NCBI GenBank assembly: GCA_964016885.1
Contig: CAXHJY010000996.1
Coordinates: forward strand, 1-64,000
Source of the DNA: Eledone cirrhosa
Lineage: Eukaryota
Reading direction: 5' to 3'
Length of the DNA stretch: 64,000 bases
The notes under the pieces were generated by a model. That model saw only the letters and a list, made by a program, of their open reading frames with translations. It did no database searches and had not been told where the DNA came from. Every line of letters starts with the position of its first letter. Position 1 is the first letter of the stretch. The translations under genes and the position numbers were made by a program. Shown piece by piece: positions 15,001-30,041 of this stretch.

Positions 15001-18000
15001 GACCTGTGATATAGTATGGAACTGTGATATAGTGTGGACCTGTGATATAGTGTGGACCTGTGATATAGTGTGGACCTGTGATATAGTGTGGACCTGTGAT
15101 ATAGTGTGGACCTGTGATATAGTGTGGACCACTGATATAGTGTGGACCTGTGATATAGTGTGGACCTGTGATATAGTGTGGACCTGTGATATAGTGTGGA
15201 CCTGTGATATAGTGTGGACCACTGATATAGTGTGGACCTCTGATATAGTGTGGACCTGTGATATAGTGTGGAACTGTGATATAGTGTGGACCTGTGATAT
15301 AGTGTGGACCTGTGATATAGTGTGGACCTGTGATATAGTATGGACCTGTGATATAGTGTGGACCTGTGATATAGTGTGTACCTGTGATATAGTGTGGACC
15401 ACTGATATAGTGTGGATCACTGATATAGTGTGGACCACTGATATAGTGTGGACCTGTGATATAGTGTGGACCTGTGATATAGTGTGGACCTGTGATATAG
15501 TGTGGACCTGTGATATAGTGTGGACCACTGATATAGTGTGGACCTGTGATATAGTGTGGACCTGTGATATAGTGCGGACCTGTGATATAGTGTGGACCTG
15601 TGATATAGTGTGGACCTGTGATATAGTGTGGACCACTGATATAGTGTGGACCTGTGATATAGTGTGGACCTGTGATATAGTGTGGACCTGTGATATAGTG
15701 TGGACCTGTGATATAGTGTGGACCTGTGATATAGTGTGGACCACTGATATAGTGTGGACACTGATATAGTGTGGACCACTGATATAGTGTGGACCTGTGA
15801 TATAGTGTGGACCTGTGATATAGTGTGGACCTGTGATATAGTGTGGACCACTGATATAGTGTGGACCACTGATATAGTGTGGACCTGATATCGTGTGGAC
15901 TGTGATATAGTGTGGACCTGTGATATAGTGTGGACCTGTGGTATAGTGTGGACCTGTGATATAGTGTGGACCACTGATATAGTGTGGACCTGTGATATAG
16001 TGTGGACCTGTGATATAGTGTGGACCTGTGATATAGTGTGGACCACTGATATAGTGTGGACCTGTGATATAGTGTGGACCTGTGATATAGTGTGGACCTG
16101 TGATATAGTGTGGACCTGTGATATAGTGTGTACCTGTGATATAGTGTGGACCACTGATATAGTGTGGACCTGTGATATAGTGTGGACCTGTGATATAGTG
16201 CGGACCTGTGATATAGTGTGGACCTGTGATATAGTGTGGACCTGTGATATAGTGTGGACCACTGATATAGTGTGGACCTGTGATATAGTGTGGACCTGTG
16301 ATATAGTGTGGACCTGTGATATAGTGTGGACCTGTGATATAGTGTGGACCTGTGATATAGTGTGGACCTGTGATATAGTGTGGACCACTGATATAGTGTG
16401 GACCACTGATATAGTGTGGACCACTGATATAGTGTGGACCTGTGATATAGTGTGGACCTGTGATATAGTGTGGACCTGTGATATAGTGTGGACCACTGAT
16501 ATAGTGTGGACCACTGATATAGTGTGGACCACTGATATCGTGTGGACCTGTGATATAGTGTGGACCTGTGATATAGTGTGGACCTGTGGTATAGTGTGGA
16601 CCTGTGATATAGTGTGGACCACTGATATAGTGTGGACCTGTGATATAGTGTGGACCTGTGATATAGTGTGGACCTGTGATATAGTGTGGACCACTGATAT
16701 AGTGTGGACCTGTGATATAGTGTGGACCTGTGATATAGTGTGGACCTGTGATATAGTGTGGACCTGTGATATAGTGTGTACCTGTGATATAGTGTGGACC
16801 ACTGATATAGTGTGGACCTGTGATATAGTGTGGACCTGTGATATAGTGTGGACCTGTGATATAGTGTGGACCTGTGATATAGTGTGGACCTCTGATATAG
16901 TGTGGACCTGTGATATAGTGTGGACCTGTGATATAGTGTGGACCTGTGATATAGTGTGGACCTGTGATATAGTGTGGACCTGTGATATAGTGTGGACCTG
17001 TGATATAGTGTGGACCTGTGATATAGTGTGGACCTGTGATATAGTGTGGACCTGTGATATAGTGTGGACCTGTGATATAGTGTGGATCTGTGATATAGTG
17101 TGGACCTGTGATATAGTGTTGACCTGTGATATAGTGTGGACCTGTGATATAGTGTGGACCTGTGATATAGTGTGGACCTGTGATATAGTGTGGACCTGTG
17201 ATATAGTGTGGACCTGTGATATAGTGTGGACCTGTGATATAGTGTTGACCTGTGATATAGTGTTGACCTGTGATATAGTGTGGACCACTGATATAGTGTG
17301 GACCTGTGATATAGTGTTGACCTGTGATATAGTGTGGACCTGTGATATAGTGTGGACCTGTGATATAGTGTGGACCTGTGATATAGTGTGGACCTGTGAT
17401 ATAGTGTGGACCTGTGATATAGTGTGGACCTGTGATATAGTGTGGACCTGTGATATAGTGTTGACCTGTGATATAGTGTTGACCTGTGATATAGTGTGGA
17501 CCTGTGATATAGTGTGGACCTGTGATATAGTGTGGACCTGTGATATCGTGTGGACCTGTGATATAGTGTGGACCTGTGATATAGTGTTGACCTGTGATAT
17601 AGTGTTGACCTGTGATATAGTGTGGACCACTGATATCGTGTGGACCTGTGATATAGTGTGGACCTGTGATATAGTGTTGACCTGTGATATAGTGTGGACC
17701 TGTGATATAGTGTGGAACTGTGATATAGTGTGGACCTGTAATATAGTGTGGAACTGTGATATAGTGTTGACCTGTGATATAGTGTGGACCTGTGATAAAG
17801 TGTGGACCTGTGATATAGTGTGGACCACTGATATAGTGTGGACCTGTGATATAGTGTGGACCACTGATATAGTGTGGACCTGTGATATAGTGTGGACCAC
17901 TGATATAGTGTGGACCTGTGATATAGTGTGGAACAGTGATATAGTGTGGACCTGTGATATAGTGTGGACCTGTGATATAGTGTGGACCTGTGATATAGTG

Positions 18001-21000
18001 TGGACCACTGATATAGTGTGGACCTGTGATATAGTGTGGAACTGTGATATAGTGTGGACCTGTGATATAGTGTGGACCTGTGATATAGTGTGGACCTGTG
18101 ATATAGTGTGGACCACTGATATAGTGTGGACCTGTGATATAGTGTGGACCTGTGATATAGTGTGGACCTGTGATATAGTGTGGACCTGTGATATAGTGTG
18201 GACCTGTGATATACTGTGGACCACTTGATATAGTGTGGACCTGTGATATAGTGTGGACCTGTGATATAGTGTGGACCTGTGATATAGTGTGGACCTGTGA
18301 TATAGTGTGGACCTGTGATATAGTGTGGACCACTGATATAGTGTGGACCTGTGATATAGTGTGGACCTGTGATATAGTGTGGACCTGTGATATAGTGTGG
18401 ACCTGTGATATAGTGTGGACCTGTGATATAGTGTGGACCTGTGATATAGTGTGGACCACTGATATAGCGTGGACCACTGATATAGTGTGGACCACTGATA
18501 TAGTGTGGACCTGTGATATAGTGTGGACCTGTGATATAGTGTGGACCTGTGATATAGTGTGGACCTGTGATATAGTGTGGACCACTGATATAGTGTGGAC
18601 CTGTGATATAGTTGTGGACCTGTGATACAGTGTGGACCTGTGATATAGTGTGGACCTGTGATATAGTGTGGACCTGTGATATAGTGTGGACCACTGATAT
18701 AGTGTGGACCTGTGATATAGTGTGGACCTGTGATATAGTGTGGACCTGTGATATAGTGTGGACCTGTGATATAGTGTGGACCTGTGATATAGTGTGGCCA
18801 CTGATATAGTGTGGACCTGTGATATAGTGTGGCCACTGATATAGTGTGGACCTGTGATATAGTGTGGACCTGTGATATAGTGTGGACCACTGATATAGTG
18901 TGGACCTGTGATATAGTGTGGATCTGTGATATAGTGTGGACCTGTGATATAGTGTGGACCTGTGATATAGTGTGGACCACTGATATAGTGTGGACCTCTG
19001 ATATAGTGTGGACCTGTGATATAGTATGGAACTGTGATATAGTGTGGACCTGTGATATAGTGTGGACCTGTGATATAGTGTGGACCTGTGATATAGTATG
19101 GAACTGTGATATAGTGTGGACCACTGATATAGTGTGGACCTGTGATATAGTGTGGACCTGTGATATAGTGTGGACCTGTGATATAGTGTGGACCTGTGAT
19201 ATAGTGTGGACCACTGATATAGTGTGGACCTGTGATATAGTGTGGACCTGTGATATAGTGTGGACCTGTGATATAGTGTGGACCTGTGATATAGTGTGGA
19301 CCACTGATATAGTGTGGACATGTGATATAGTGTGGACCTGTGATATAGTGTGGACCTGTGATATAGTGTGGACCTGTGATATAGTGTGGACCTGTGATAT
19401 AGTGTGGACCACTGATATAGTGTGGACCACTGATATAGTGTGGACCACTGATATAGTGTGGACCTGTGATATAGTGTGGACCTGTGATATAGTGTGGACC
19501 TGTGATATAGTGTGGACCTGTGATATAGTGTGGACCACTGATATAGTGTGGACCTGTGATATAGTGTGGACCTGTGATATAGTGGACCTGTGATATAGTG
19601 TGGACCTGTGATATAGTGTGGACCTGTGATATAGTGTGGACCTGTGATATAGTGTGGACCACTGATATAGTGTGGACCTGTGATATAGTGTGGACCTGTG
19701 ATATAGTGTGGACCTGTGATATAGTGTGGACCACTGATATAGTGTGGACCACTGATATAGTGTGGACCACTGATATAGTGTGGACCTGTGATATAGTGTG
19801 GACCTGTGATATAGTGTGGACCTGTGGTATAGTGTGGACCTGTGATATAGTGTGGACCACTGATATAGTGTGGACCTGTGATATAGTGTGGACCTGTGAT
19901 ATAGTGTGGACCTGTGATATAGTGTGGACCCTGATATAGTGTGGACCTGTGATATAGTGTGGACCTGTGATATAGTGTGGACCTGTGATATAGTGTGGAC
20001 CTGTGATATAGTGTGTACCTGTGATATAGTGTGGACCACTGATATAGTGTGGACCTGTGATATAGTGTGGACCTGTGATATAGTGTGGACCTGTGATATA
20101 GTGTGGACCTGTGATATAGTGTGGACCTGTGATATAGGTGGACTCTGATATAGTGTTGACCTGTGATATAGTGTGGACCTGTGATATAGTGTGGACCTGT
20201 GATATAGTGTGGACCTGTGATATAGTGTTGACCTGTGATATAGTGTGGACCTGTGATATAGTGTGGACCTGTGATATAGTGTGGACCTGTGATATAGTGT
20301 TGACCTGTGATATAGTGTGGACCTGTGATATAGTGTGGACCTGTGATATAGTTGTGGACCTGTGATATAGTGTGGTCCTGTGATATAGTGTGGACCTGTG
20401 ATATAGTGTGGACCTGTGATATAGTGTTGACCTGTGATATAGTGTGACCTGTGATATAGTGTGGACCACTGATATCGTGTGGACCTGTGATATAGTGTGG
20501 ACCTGTGATATAGTGTTGACCTGTGATATAGTGTGGACCTGTGATATAGTGTGGAACTGTGATAAGTGTGGACCTGTATATAGTGTGGAACTGTGATATA
20601 GTGTTGACCTGTGATATAGTGTGGACCTGTGATAAAGTGTGGACCTGTGATATAGTGTGGACCACTGATATAGTGTGGACCTGTGATATAGTGTGGACCA
20701 CTGATATAGTGTGGACCTGTGATATAGTGTGGACCACTGATATAGTGTGGACCTGTGATATAGTGTGGACCTGTGATATAGTGTGGACCTGTGATATAGT
20801 GTGGACCACTGATATAGTGTGGACCTGTGATATAGTGTGGACCTGTGATATAGTGTGGACCTGTGATATAGTGTGGACCTGTGATATAGTGTGGACCTGT
20901 GATATACTGTGGACACTGATATAGTGTGGACCTGTGATATAGTGTGGAACTGTGATATAGTGTGGACCTGTGATATAGTGTGGACCTGTGATATAGTGTG

Positions 21001-24000
21001 GACCTGTGATATAGTGTGGACCACTGATATAGTGTGGACCTGTGATATAGTGTGGACCTGTGATATAGTGTGGACCTGTGATATAGTGTGGACCTGTGAT
21101 ATAGTGTGGACCTGTGATATAGTGTGGACCACTGATATAGCGTGGACCACTGATATAGTGTGGACCACTGATATAGTGTGGACCTGTGATATAGTGTGGA
21201 CCTGTGATATAGTGTGGACCTGTGATATAGTGTGGACCTGTGATATAGTGTGGACCACTGATATAGTGTGGACCTGTGATATAGTGTGGACCTGTGATAC
21301 AGTGTGGACCTGTGATATAGTGTGGACCTGTGATATAGTGTGGACCTGTGATATAGTGTGGACCACTGATATAGTGTGGACCTGTGATATAGTGTGGACC
21401 TGTGATATAGTGTGGCCACTGATATAGTGTGGACCTGTGATATAGTGTGGACCTGTGATATAGTGTGGACCACTGATATAGTGTGGACCTGTGATATAGT
21501 GTGGATCTGTGATATAGTGTGGACCTGTGATATAGTGTGGACCTGTGATATAGTGTGGACCACTGATATAGTGTGGACCTCTGATATAGTGTGGACCTGT
21601 GATATAGTATGGAACTGTGATATAGTGTGGACCTGTGATATAGTGTGGACCTGTGATATAGTGTGGACCTGTGATATAGTATGGAACTGTGATATAGTGT
21701 GGACCACTGATATAGTGTGGACCTGTGATATAGTGTGGACCTGTGATATAGTGTGGACCTGTGATATAGTGTGGACCTGTGATATAGTGTGGACCACTGA
21801 TATAGTGTGGACCTGTGATATAGTGTGGACCTGTGATATAGTGTGGACCTGTGATATAGTGTGGACCTGTGATATAGTGTGGACCTCTGATATAGTGTGG
21901 ACCTGTGATATAGTGTGGACCTGTGATATAGTGTGGACCTGTGATATAGTGTGGACCTGTGATATAGTGTGGACCTGTGATATAGTGTGGACCACTGATA
22001 TAGTGTGGACCACTGATATAGTGTGGACCACTGATATAGTGTGGACCTGTGATATAGTGTGGACCTGTGATATAGTGTGGACCTGTGATATAGTGTGGAC
22101 CTGTGATATAGTGTGGACCACTGATATAGTGTGGACCTGTGATTAGTGTGACCTGTGATATAGTGTGGACCTGTGATATAGTGTGGACCTGTGATATAGT
22201 GTGGACCTGTGATATAGTGTGGACCTGATATAGTGTGGACCACTGATATAGTGTGGACCTGTGATATAGTGTGGACCTGTGATATAGTGTGGACCTGTGA
22301 TATAGTGTGGACACTGATATAGTGTGGACCACTGATATAGTGTGGACCACTGATATCGTGTGGACCTGTGATATAGTGTGGACCTGTGATATAGTGTGGA
22401 CCTGTGATATAGTGTGGACCTGTGATATAGTGTGGACCACTGATATAGTGTGGACCTGTGATATAGTGTGGACCTGTGATATAGTGTGGACCTGTGATAT
22501 AGTGTGGACCACTGATATAGTGTGGACCTGTGATATAGTGTGGACCTGTGATATAGTGTGGACCTGTGATATAGTGTGGACCTGTGATATAGTGTGTACC
22601 TGTGATATAGTGTGGACCACTGATATAGTGTGGACCTGTGATATAGTGTGGACCTGTGATATAGTGTGGACCTGTGATATAGTGTGGACCTGTGATATAG
22701 TGTGGACCTGTGATATAGGATGGACCTCTGATATAGTGTTGACCTGTGATATAGTGTGGACCTGTGATATAGTGTGGACCTGTGATATAGTGTGGACCTG
22801 TGATATAGTGTTGACCTGTGATATAGTGTGGACCTGTGATATAGTGTGGACCTGTGATATAGTGTGGACCTGTGATATAGTGTTGACCTGTGATATAGTG
22901 TTGACCTGTGATATAGTGTGGACCTGTGATATAGTGTGGACCTGTGATATAGTGTGGTCCTGTGATATCGTGTGGACCTGTGATATAGTGTGGACCTGTG
23001 ATATAGTGTTGACCTGTGATATAGTGTTGACCTGTGATATAGTGTGGACCACTGATATCGTGTGGACCTGTGATATAGTGTGGACCTGTGATATAGTGTT
23101 GACCTGTGATATAGTGTGGACCTGTGATATAGTGTGGAACTGTGATATAGTGTGGACCTGTAATATAGTGTGGAACTGTGATATAGTGTTGACCTGTGAT
23201 ATAGTGTGGACCTGTGATAAAGTGTGGACCTGTGATATAGTGTGGACCACTGATATAGTGTGGACCTGTGATATAGTGTGGACCACTGATATAGTGTGGA
23301 CCTGTGATATAGTGTGGACCACTGATATAGTGTGGACCTGTGATATAGTGTGGACCTGTGATATAGTGTGGACCTGTGATATAGTGTGGACCACTGATAT
23401 AGTGTGGACCTGTGATATAGTGTGGACCTGTGATATAGTGTGGACCTGTGATATAGTGTGGACCTGTGATATAGTGTGGACCTGTGATATACTGTGGACC
23501 ACTGATATAGTGTGGACCTGTGATATAGTGTGGAACTGTGATATAGTGTGGACCTGTGATATAGTGTGGACCTGTGATATAGTGTGGACCTGTGATATAG
23601 TGTGGACCACTGATATAGTGTGGACCTGTGATATAGTGTGGACCTGTGATATAGTGTGGACCTGTGATATAGTGTGGACCTGTGATATAGTGTGGACCTG
23701 TGATATAGTGTGGACCACTGATATAGCGTGGACCACTGATATAGTGTGGACCACTGATATAGTGTGGACCTGTGATATAGTGTGGACCTGTGATATAGTG
23801 TGGACCTGTGATATAGTGTGGACCTGTGATATAGTGTGGACCACTGATATAGTGTGGACCTGTGATATAGTGTGGACCTGTGATACAGTGTGGACCTGTG
23901 ATATAGTGTGGACCTGTGATATAGTGTGGACCTGTGATATAGTGTGGACCACTGATATAGTGTGGACCTGTGATATAGTGTGGACCTGTGATATAGTGTG

Positions 24001-27000
24001 GACCTGTGATATAGTGTGGACCTGTGATATAGTGTGGCCACTGATATAGTGTGGACCTGTGATATAGTGTGGCCACTGATATAGTGTGGACCTGTGATAT
24101 AGTGTGGACGTGTGATATAGTGTGGACCTCTGATATAGTGTGGACCTGTGATATAGTGTTGACCTGTGATATAGTATGGAACTGTGATATTGTGTGGACC
24201 TGTGATATAGTGTGGACCTGTGATATAGTGTGGACCTGTGATATAGTGTGGACCTGTGATATAGTGTGGACCTGTGATATAGTGTGGACCACTGATATAG
24301 TGTGGACCTGTGATATAGTGTGGATCTGTGATATAGTGTGGACCTGTGATATAGTGTGGACCTGTGATATAGTGTGGACCACTGATATAGTGTGGACCTC
24401 TGATATAGTGTGGACCTGTGATATAGTATGGAACTGTGATATAGTGTGGACCTGTGATATAGTGTGGACCTGTGATATAGTGTGGACCTGTGATATAGTA
24501 TGGAACTGTGATATAGTGTGGACCTGTGATATAGTGTGGACCTGTGATATAGTGTGGACCACTGATATAGTGTGGACCACTGATATAGTGTGGACCACTG
24601 ATATAGTGTGGACCTGTGATATAGTGTGGACCTGTGATATAGTGTGGACCTGTGATATAGTGTGGACCTGTGATATAGTGTGGACCACTGATATAGTGTG
24701 GACCTGTGATATAGTGTGGACCTGTGATATAGTGTGGACCTGTGATATAGTGTGGACCTGTGATATAGTGTGGACCACTGATATAGTGTGGACCTGTGAT
24801 ATAGTGTGGACCTGTGATATAGTGTGGACCTGTGATATAGTGTGGACCTGTGATATAGTGTGGACCACTGATATAGTGTGGACCACTGATATAGTGTGGA
24901 CCACTGATATAGTGTGGACCTGTGATATAGTGTGGACCTGTGATATAGTGTGGACCTGTGATATAGTGTGGACCTGTGATATAGTGTGGACCACTGATAT
25001 AGTGTGGACCTGTGATATAGTGTGGACCTGTGATATAGTGTGGACCTGTGATATAGTGTGGACCACTGATATAGTGTGGACCTGTGATATAGTGTGGACC
25101 TGTGATATAGTGTGGACCACTGATATAGTGTGGACCTGTGATATAGTGTGGACCTGTGATATAGTGTGGACCTGTGATATAGTGTGGACCTGTGATATAG
25201 TGTGGACCACTGATATAGTGTGGACCACTGATATAGTGTGGACCACTGATATCGTGTGGACCTGTGATATAGTGTGGACCTGTGATATAGTGTGGACCTG
25301 TGGTATAGTGTGGACCTGTGATATAGTGTGGACCACTGATATAGTGTGGACCTGTGATATAGTGTGGACCTGTGATATAGTGTGGACCTGTGATATAGTG
25401 TGGACCACTGATATAGTGTGGACCTGTGATATAGTGTGGACCTGTGATATAGTGTGGACCTGTGATATAGTGTGGACCTGTGATATAGTGTGTACCTGTG
25501 ATATAGTGTGGACCACTGATATAGTGTGGACCTGTGATATAGTGTGGACCTGTGATATAGTGTGGACCTGTGATATAGTGTGGACCTGTGATATAGTGTG
25601 GACCTGTGATATAGGATGGACCTCTGATATAGTGTGGACCTGTGATATAGTGTTGACCTGTGATATAGTATGGAACTGTGATATAGTGTGGACCTGTGAT
25701 ATAGTGTGGACCTGTGATATAGTGTGGACCTGTGATATAGTGTGGACCTGTGATATAGTGTGGACCTGTGATATCGTGTGGACCTGTGATATAGTGTGGA
25801 CCTGTGATATAGTGTGGACCACTGATATAGTGTGGACCTGTGATATAGTATGGAACTGTGATATAGTGTGGACCTGTGATATAGTGTGGACCTGTGATAT
25901 AGTGTGGACCTGTGATATAGTATGGAACTGTGATATAGTGTGGACCTGTGATATAGTGTGGACCTGTGATATAGTGTGGACCACTGATATAGTGTGGACC
26001 TGTGATATAGTGTGGACCTGTGATATAGTGTGGACCTGTGATATAGTGTGGACCTGTGATATAGTGTGGACCACTGATATAGTGTGGACCTGTGATATAG
26101 TGTGGACCTGTGATATAGTGTGGACCTGTGATATAGTGTGGACCTGTGATATAGTGTGGACCACTGATATAGTGTGGACCTGTGATATAGTATGGAACTG
26201 TGATATAGTGTGGACCTGTGATATAGTGTGGACCTGTGATATAGTGTGGACCTGTGATATAGTGTGGACCTGTGATATAGTGTGGACCTGTGATATAGTG
26301 TGGACCACTGATATAGTGTGGACCTGTGATATAGTATGGAACTGTGATATAGTGTGGACCTGTGATATAGTGTGGACCTGTGATATAGTGTGGACCACTG
26401 ATATAGTGTGGACCTGTGATATAGTGTGGACCTGTGATATAGTGTGGACCTGTGATATAGTGTGGATCTGTGATATAGTGTGGACCTGTGATATAGTGTG
26501 GACCTGTGATATAGTGTGGACCACTGATATAGTGTGGACCTGTGATATAGTGTGGACCTGTGATATAGTGTGGACCTGTGATATAGTGTGGACCTGTGAT
26601 ATAGTGTGGACCACTGATATAGTGTGGACCACTGATATAGTGTGGACCACTGATATCGTGTGGACCTGTGATATAGTGTGGACCTGTGATATAGTGTGGA
26701 CCTGTGGTATAGTGTGGACCTGTGATATAGTGTGGACCACTGATATAGTGTGGACCTGTGATATAGTGTGGACCTGTGATATAGTGTGGACCTGTGATAT
26801 AGTGTGGACCACTGATATAGTGTGGACCTGTGATATAGTGTGGACCTGTGATATAGTGTGGACCTGTGATATAGTGTGGACCTGTGATATAGTGTGTACC
26901 TGTGATATAGTGTGGACCACTGATATAGTGTGGACCTGTGATATAGTGTGGACCTGTGATATAGTGTGGACCTGTGATATAGTGTGGACCTGTGATATAG

Positions 27001-27700
27001 TGTGGACCTCTGATATAGTGTGGACCTGTGATATAGTGTTGACCTGTGATATAGTATGGAACTGTGATATAGTGTGGACCTGTGATATAGTGTGGACCTG
27101 TGATATAGTGTGGACCTGTGATATAGTGTGGACCTGTGATATAGTGTGGACCTGTGATATAGTGTGGACCTGTGATATCGTGTGGACCTGTGATATAGTG
27201 TGGACCTGTGATATCGTGTGGATCTGTGATATAGTGTGGACCTGTGATATAGTGTTGACCTGTGATATAGTGTGGACCTGTGATATAGTGTGGACCTGTG
27301 ATATAGTGTGGACCTGTGATATAGTGTGGACCTGTGATATAGTGTGGACCTGTGATATAGTGTGGACATCTGATATAGTGTGGACCTGTGATATAGTGTG
27401 GACCTGTGATATAGTGTGGACCTGGGATATAGTGTGGACCTGTGATATAGTGTGGACCTGTGATATAGTGTGGACCTGTGATATAGTGTGGACCTGTGAT
27501 ATAGTGTGGACCTGTGATATAGTGTGGACCTGTGATATAGTGTGGACCTGTGATATAGTATCGAACTGTGATATAGTGTGGACCTGTGATATAGTATGGA
27601 ACTGTGATATAGTGTGGACCTGTGATATAGTGTGGACCTGTGTTATAGTGTGGACCTGTGATATAGTGTGGACCTGTGATATAGTGTGGACCACTGAGTT
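1..27700. repeat. 18-bp satellite array, consensus GGACCTGTGATATAGTGT (main variant GGACCACTGATATAGTGT), about 1,540 units, running off the left window edge
   Basis: Continuous tandem 18-mers; the + strand translates as WTCDIV repeats; monomers decay at 27,697-27,735. Confidence 0.99.
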
Positions 27701-27799
27701 ATTGTGGACTACTGACTTGACCAGTGACATATATAGGCAGCTCATAAAATATATTTTTATCCATTCCTGGGTACCTGAAATCTTCCTTTGGAAAGAAGT

Positions 27800-28070
27800 C
27801 TACAGTTAGCCTCGAACCCAGCGTCTCATTAGACCGGGGCTGATCCCGTGCGGTTAAGCAACTCAGAATACAAGACTTGCTTCTGGACATGACACCAGTC
27901 AATCGCAGGATTAGACTCCCAGATATTGCTGGTACTCATTTTCAGCTGAGTATATTGGAACAACATGAAATGAAATATGTTCCTTAAGAACACAACAGTC
28001 AATCCAGGAATGGAACCCAGGACACTATGATCATAAGGCCAACTTCCTTACTATTAGGCTACGGGATTTC
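27800..28070 (-). mobile_element. Diverged tRNA-derived CORE-like SINE
   Basis: Reverse complement has a degenerate tRNA head followed by TGTGTTCTTAAGGAACATATTTCATTTCATGTTGTTCCAATATACTCAGCTGAAAATGAGTACC, homologous to copies at 44.2 and 54.2 kb. Confidence 0.7.
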
Positions 28071-28260
28071 ACCATTCGTTATCAGATATCTGAGACATAC
28101 TCAGGCCATTGACAGACATATTGTTTTCCTTTGTTTTACAGTCATATAGGAACATTTATCTTTATAAAGTCTATCATCACAGCCTTTCATACTGCTGTAA
28201 CATGTATGTATGCATGTATACATGTACATATGTATGTATACATGTATGTATGTGTGTATG

Positions 28261-29061
28261 TTATCTCTTTCTCTTAATTTCGAGTATATTTTTTTGACCG
28301 GCCACCTTCCTGGTGGCAAGGTTGTAAAAGAAAAGAAATTGTCATCCCTTGAATCGCAAGAATGTTTTGCAAATTTTGAAGGTGCCAGCTATCGCAGCCA
28401 TTTGTAGACTATGAATTAGGGAGCTGCGCTTTTTGTCCGCAAATCCAAGTTCAGTCATACTTTGGTCCAAGCGGATTGGTATATAACCCGTAGCTCCAAT
28501 AATGATGGGTATGAAGCTAAAGGTGTATCTTGGATACTGGATTTGTAAACTCCTCATCAATGGTCCGTAGATGTGCTTCTTCTCCTGTATTTTTCTGACA
28601 ACGTTTACATCAAGTGGGCAGCTGATCTCCACAACAGAACACGTTTTCAATGTGTGTTCCCAAACAACAATATCAGGCCGGTTGTGCTTTAATTTGGTGG
28701 CAGTTTTTATTTTCAGGTTCCACCAGTATTCCTCCTCGTTTGTTGTTAATTTTGTTTTCCGAAGTGCGTTCCAGATGGTTCTAGCTATCCCATCGTGTCT
28801 CATGGGGAGGTAGTAGGGAGATGACATTCTTTCGCAGCTGGCAACAATGTGGCTTACATCCTCGATCTTTGTTTTACATAGCCTACATTTATTGTCAGCT
28901 GCTGTCCCTCCTCTTTTGTGCAGCAGATATTTGGTAGGGAGTTCTTGTTCCTGTATTGCATAGAGATATCCCTCAAGGTGTGATGTCATAAACTTGTCGG
29001 AACTCCATGCCAGGCTTTTTGAGTGGTTTATCCCCTCTATGATCTGTGTTTTACGCCTCAT
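28261..29061 (-). mobile_element. 5'-truncated non-LTR retrotransposon of R4/Dong type (RLE superfamily): zinc knuckle, restriction-like endonuclease and 3' UTR
   Basis: ORF 28342-29061 has CRLC..HIVASC (CCHC), RHD, RPDIVV, EISCP and EKKHIY motifs typical of RLE-bearing LINEs; flanked by (TATG)n on both sides. Confidence 0.9.
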
Positions 29062-29074
29062 GTATCCATGTATG

Positions 29075-29108
<34 letters not shown>

Positions 29109-29138
29109 TGTATGTATGTATGTATGTATGTGCAGCAG

Positions 29139-29169
<31 letters not shown>

Positions 29170-29315
29170 TGTATGTATGTATGTATGTATGTATGTATGT
29201 ATCTATGTATGTATGAATATATGTATACGTGTATTTATGTATGTATGTGTGTGTGTGTGTGTGTATGTATGAATGTATGTATGTATGTATGTATGTATGT
29301 TTGTATGTATGTATG

Positions 29316-29715
29316 TTATCTCTTTCTCTTAATTTCGAATATATTTTTGACTGGCCACCTTCCTGGTGGCAAGGTTGTAAAAGAAAAGAAATTGTCATCC
29401 CTTGAATCGCAAGAATGTTTTGCAAATTTTGAAGGTGCCAGCTATCGCAGCCATTTGTAGACTATGAATTAGGGAGCTGCGCTTTTTGTCCGCAAATCCA
29501 AGTTCAGTCATACTTTGGTCCAAGCGGGTTGGTATATAACCCCTAGCTCCAATAATGATGGGTATGAAGCTAAAGGTGTATCTTGGATACTGGATATGTA
29601 AACTCTTCATCAATGGTCCGTAGATGTCCTCCTTCTCCTGTATTTTTGTGACAACGTTTCCACAAGTGGGCAGCTGATCTCCACAACAGAACACGTTTTC
29701 AATGTGTGGTCCCAA
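29316..29715 (-). mobile_element. Second, shorter 3' fragment of the same R4/Dong-type LINE
   Basis: Near-identical to 28261-28663, with the same 3' terminus (TTATCTCTTTCTCTTAATTTCG on +); flanked by (TATG)n. Confidence 0.9.
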
Positions 29716-30041
29716 TGTATGTATGTATGAATACATGTGTGTATGTATGAATATATGTATATATGTATGTGTGTATGTGTGTATGTGTGTATGTGTCTAT
29801 GTGTGTATGTGTGTATGTGTGTATGTATGTATGTAAATATGTATGTATGAATGTACGTTCGTACGTAGATATGTATGTATGTGTATGTGTGTGTGTGTAT
29901 GTATATATGTATGTATGTATGAATGTATGTATGTCTATCTGTATGTATATATGTATGTATATATGTATGTGTGTATGTATGTATGTGTGTATGTGTGTAT
30001 GTATGAATGTATGTATGCATGTATCTATATATGTATGTATG
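29716..30041. repeat. Degenerate (TATG)n/(TG)n microsatellite; similar tracts at 28201-28260, 29062-29315 and 32208-32345
   Basis: Direct inspection. Confidence 0.95.

Noticed and set aside
1-27700. CRISPR array or telomeric repeat
   Set aside because: No unique spacers or cas genes in an animal context; the unit is not TTAGGG-like
242-27809. Giant ORFs of up to 5,550 aa (QVHTIS, GPHYIT, HRSTLY, WTCDIV repeats)
   Set aside because: The 18-mer lacks stops in all three minus frames and one plus frame; overlapping ORFs swap peptide at indels, with no unique domains
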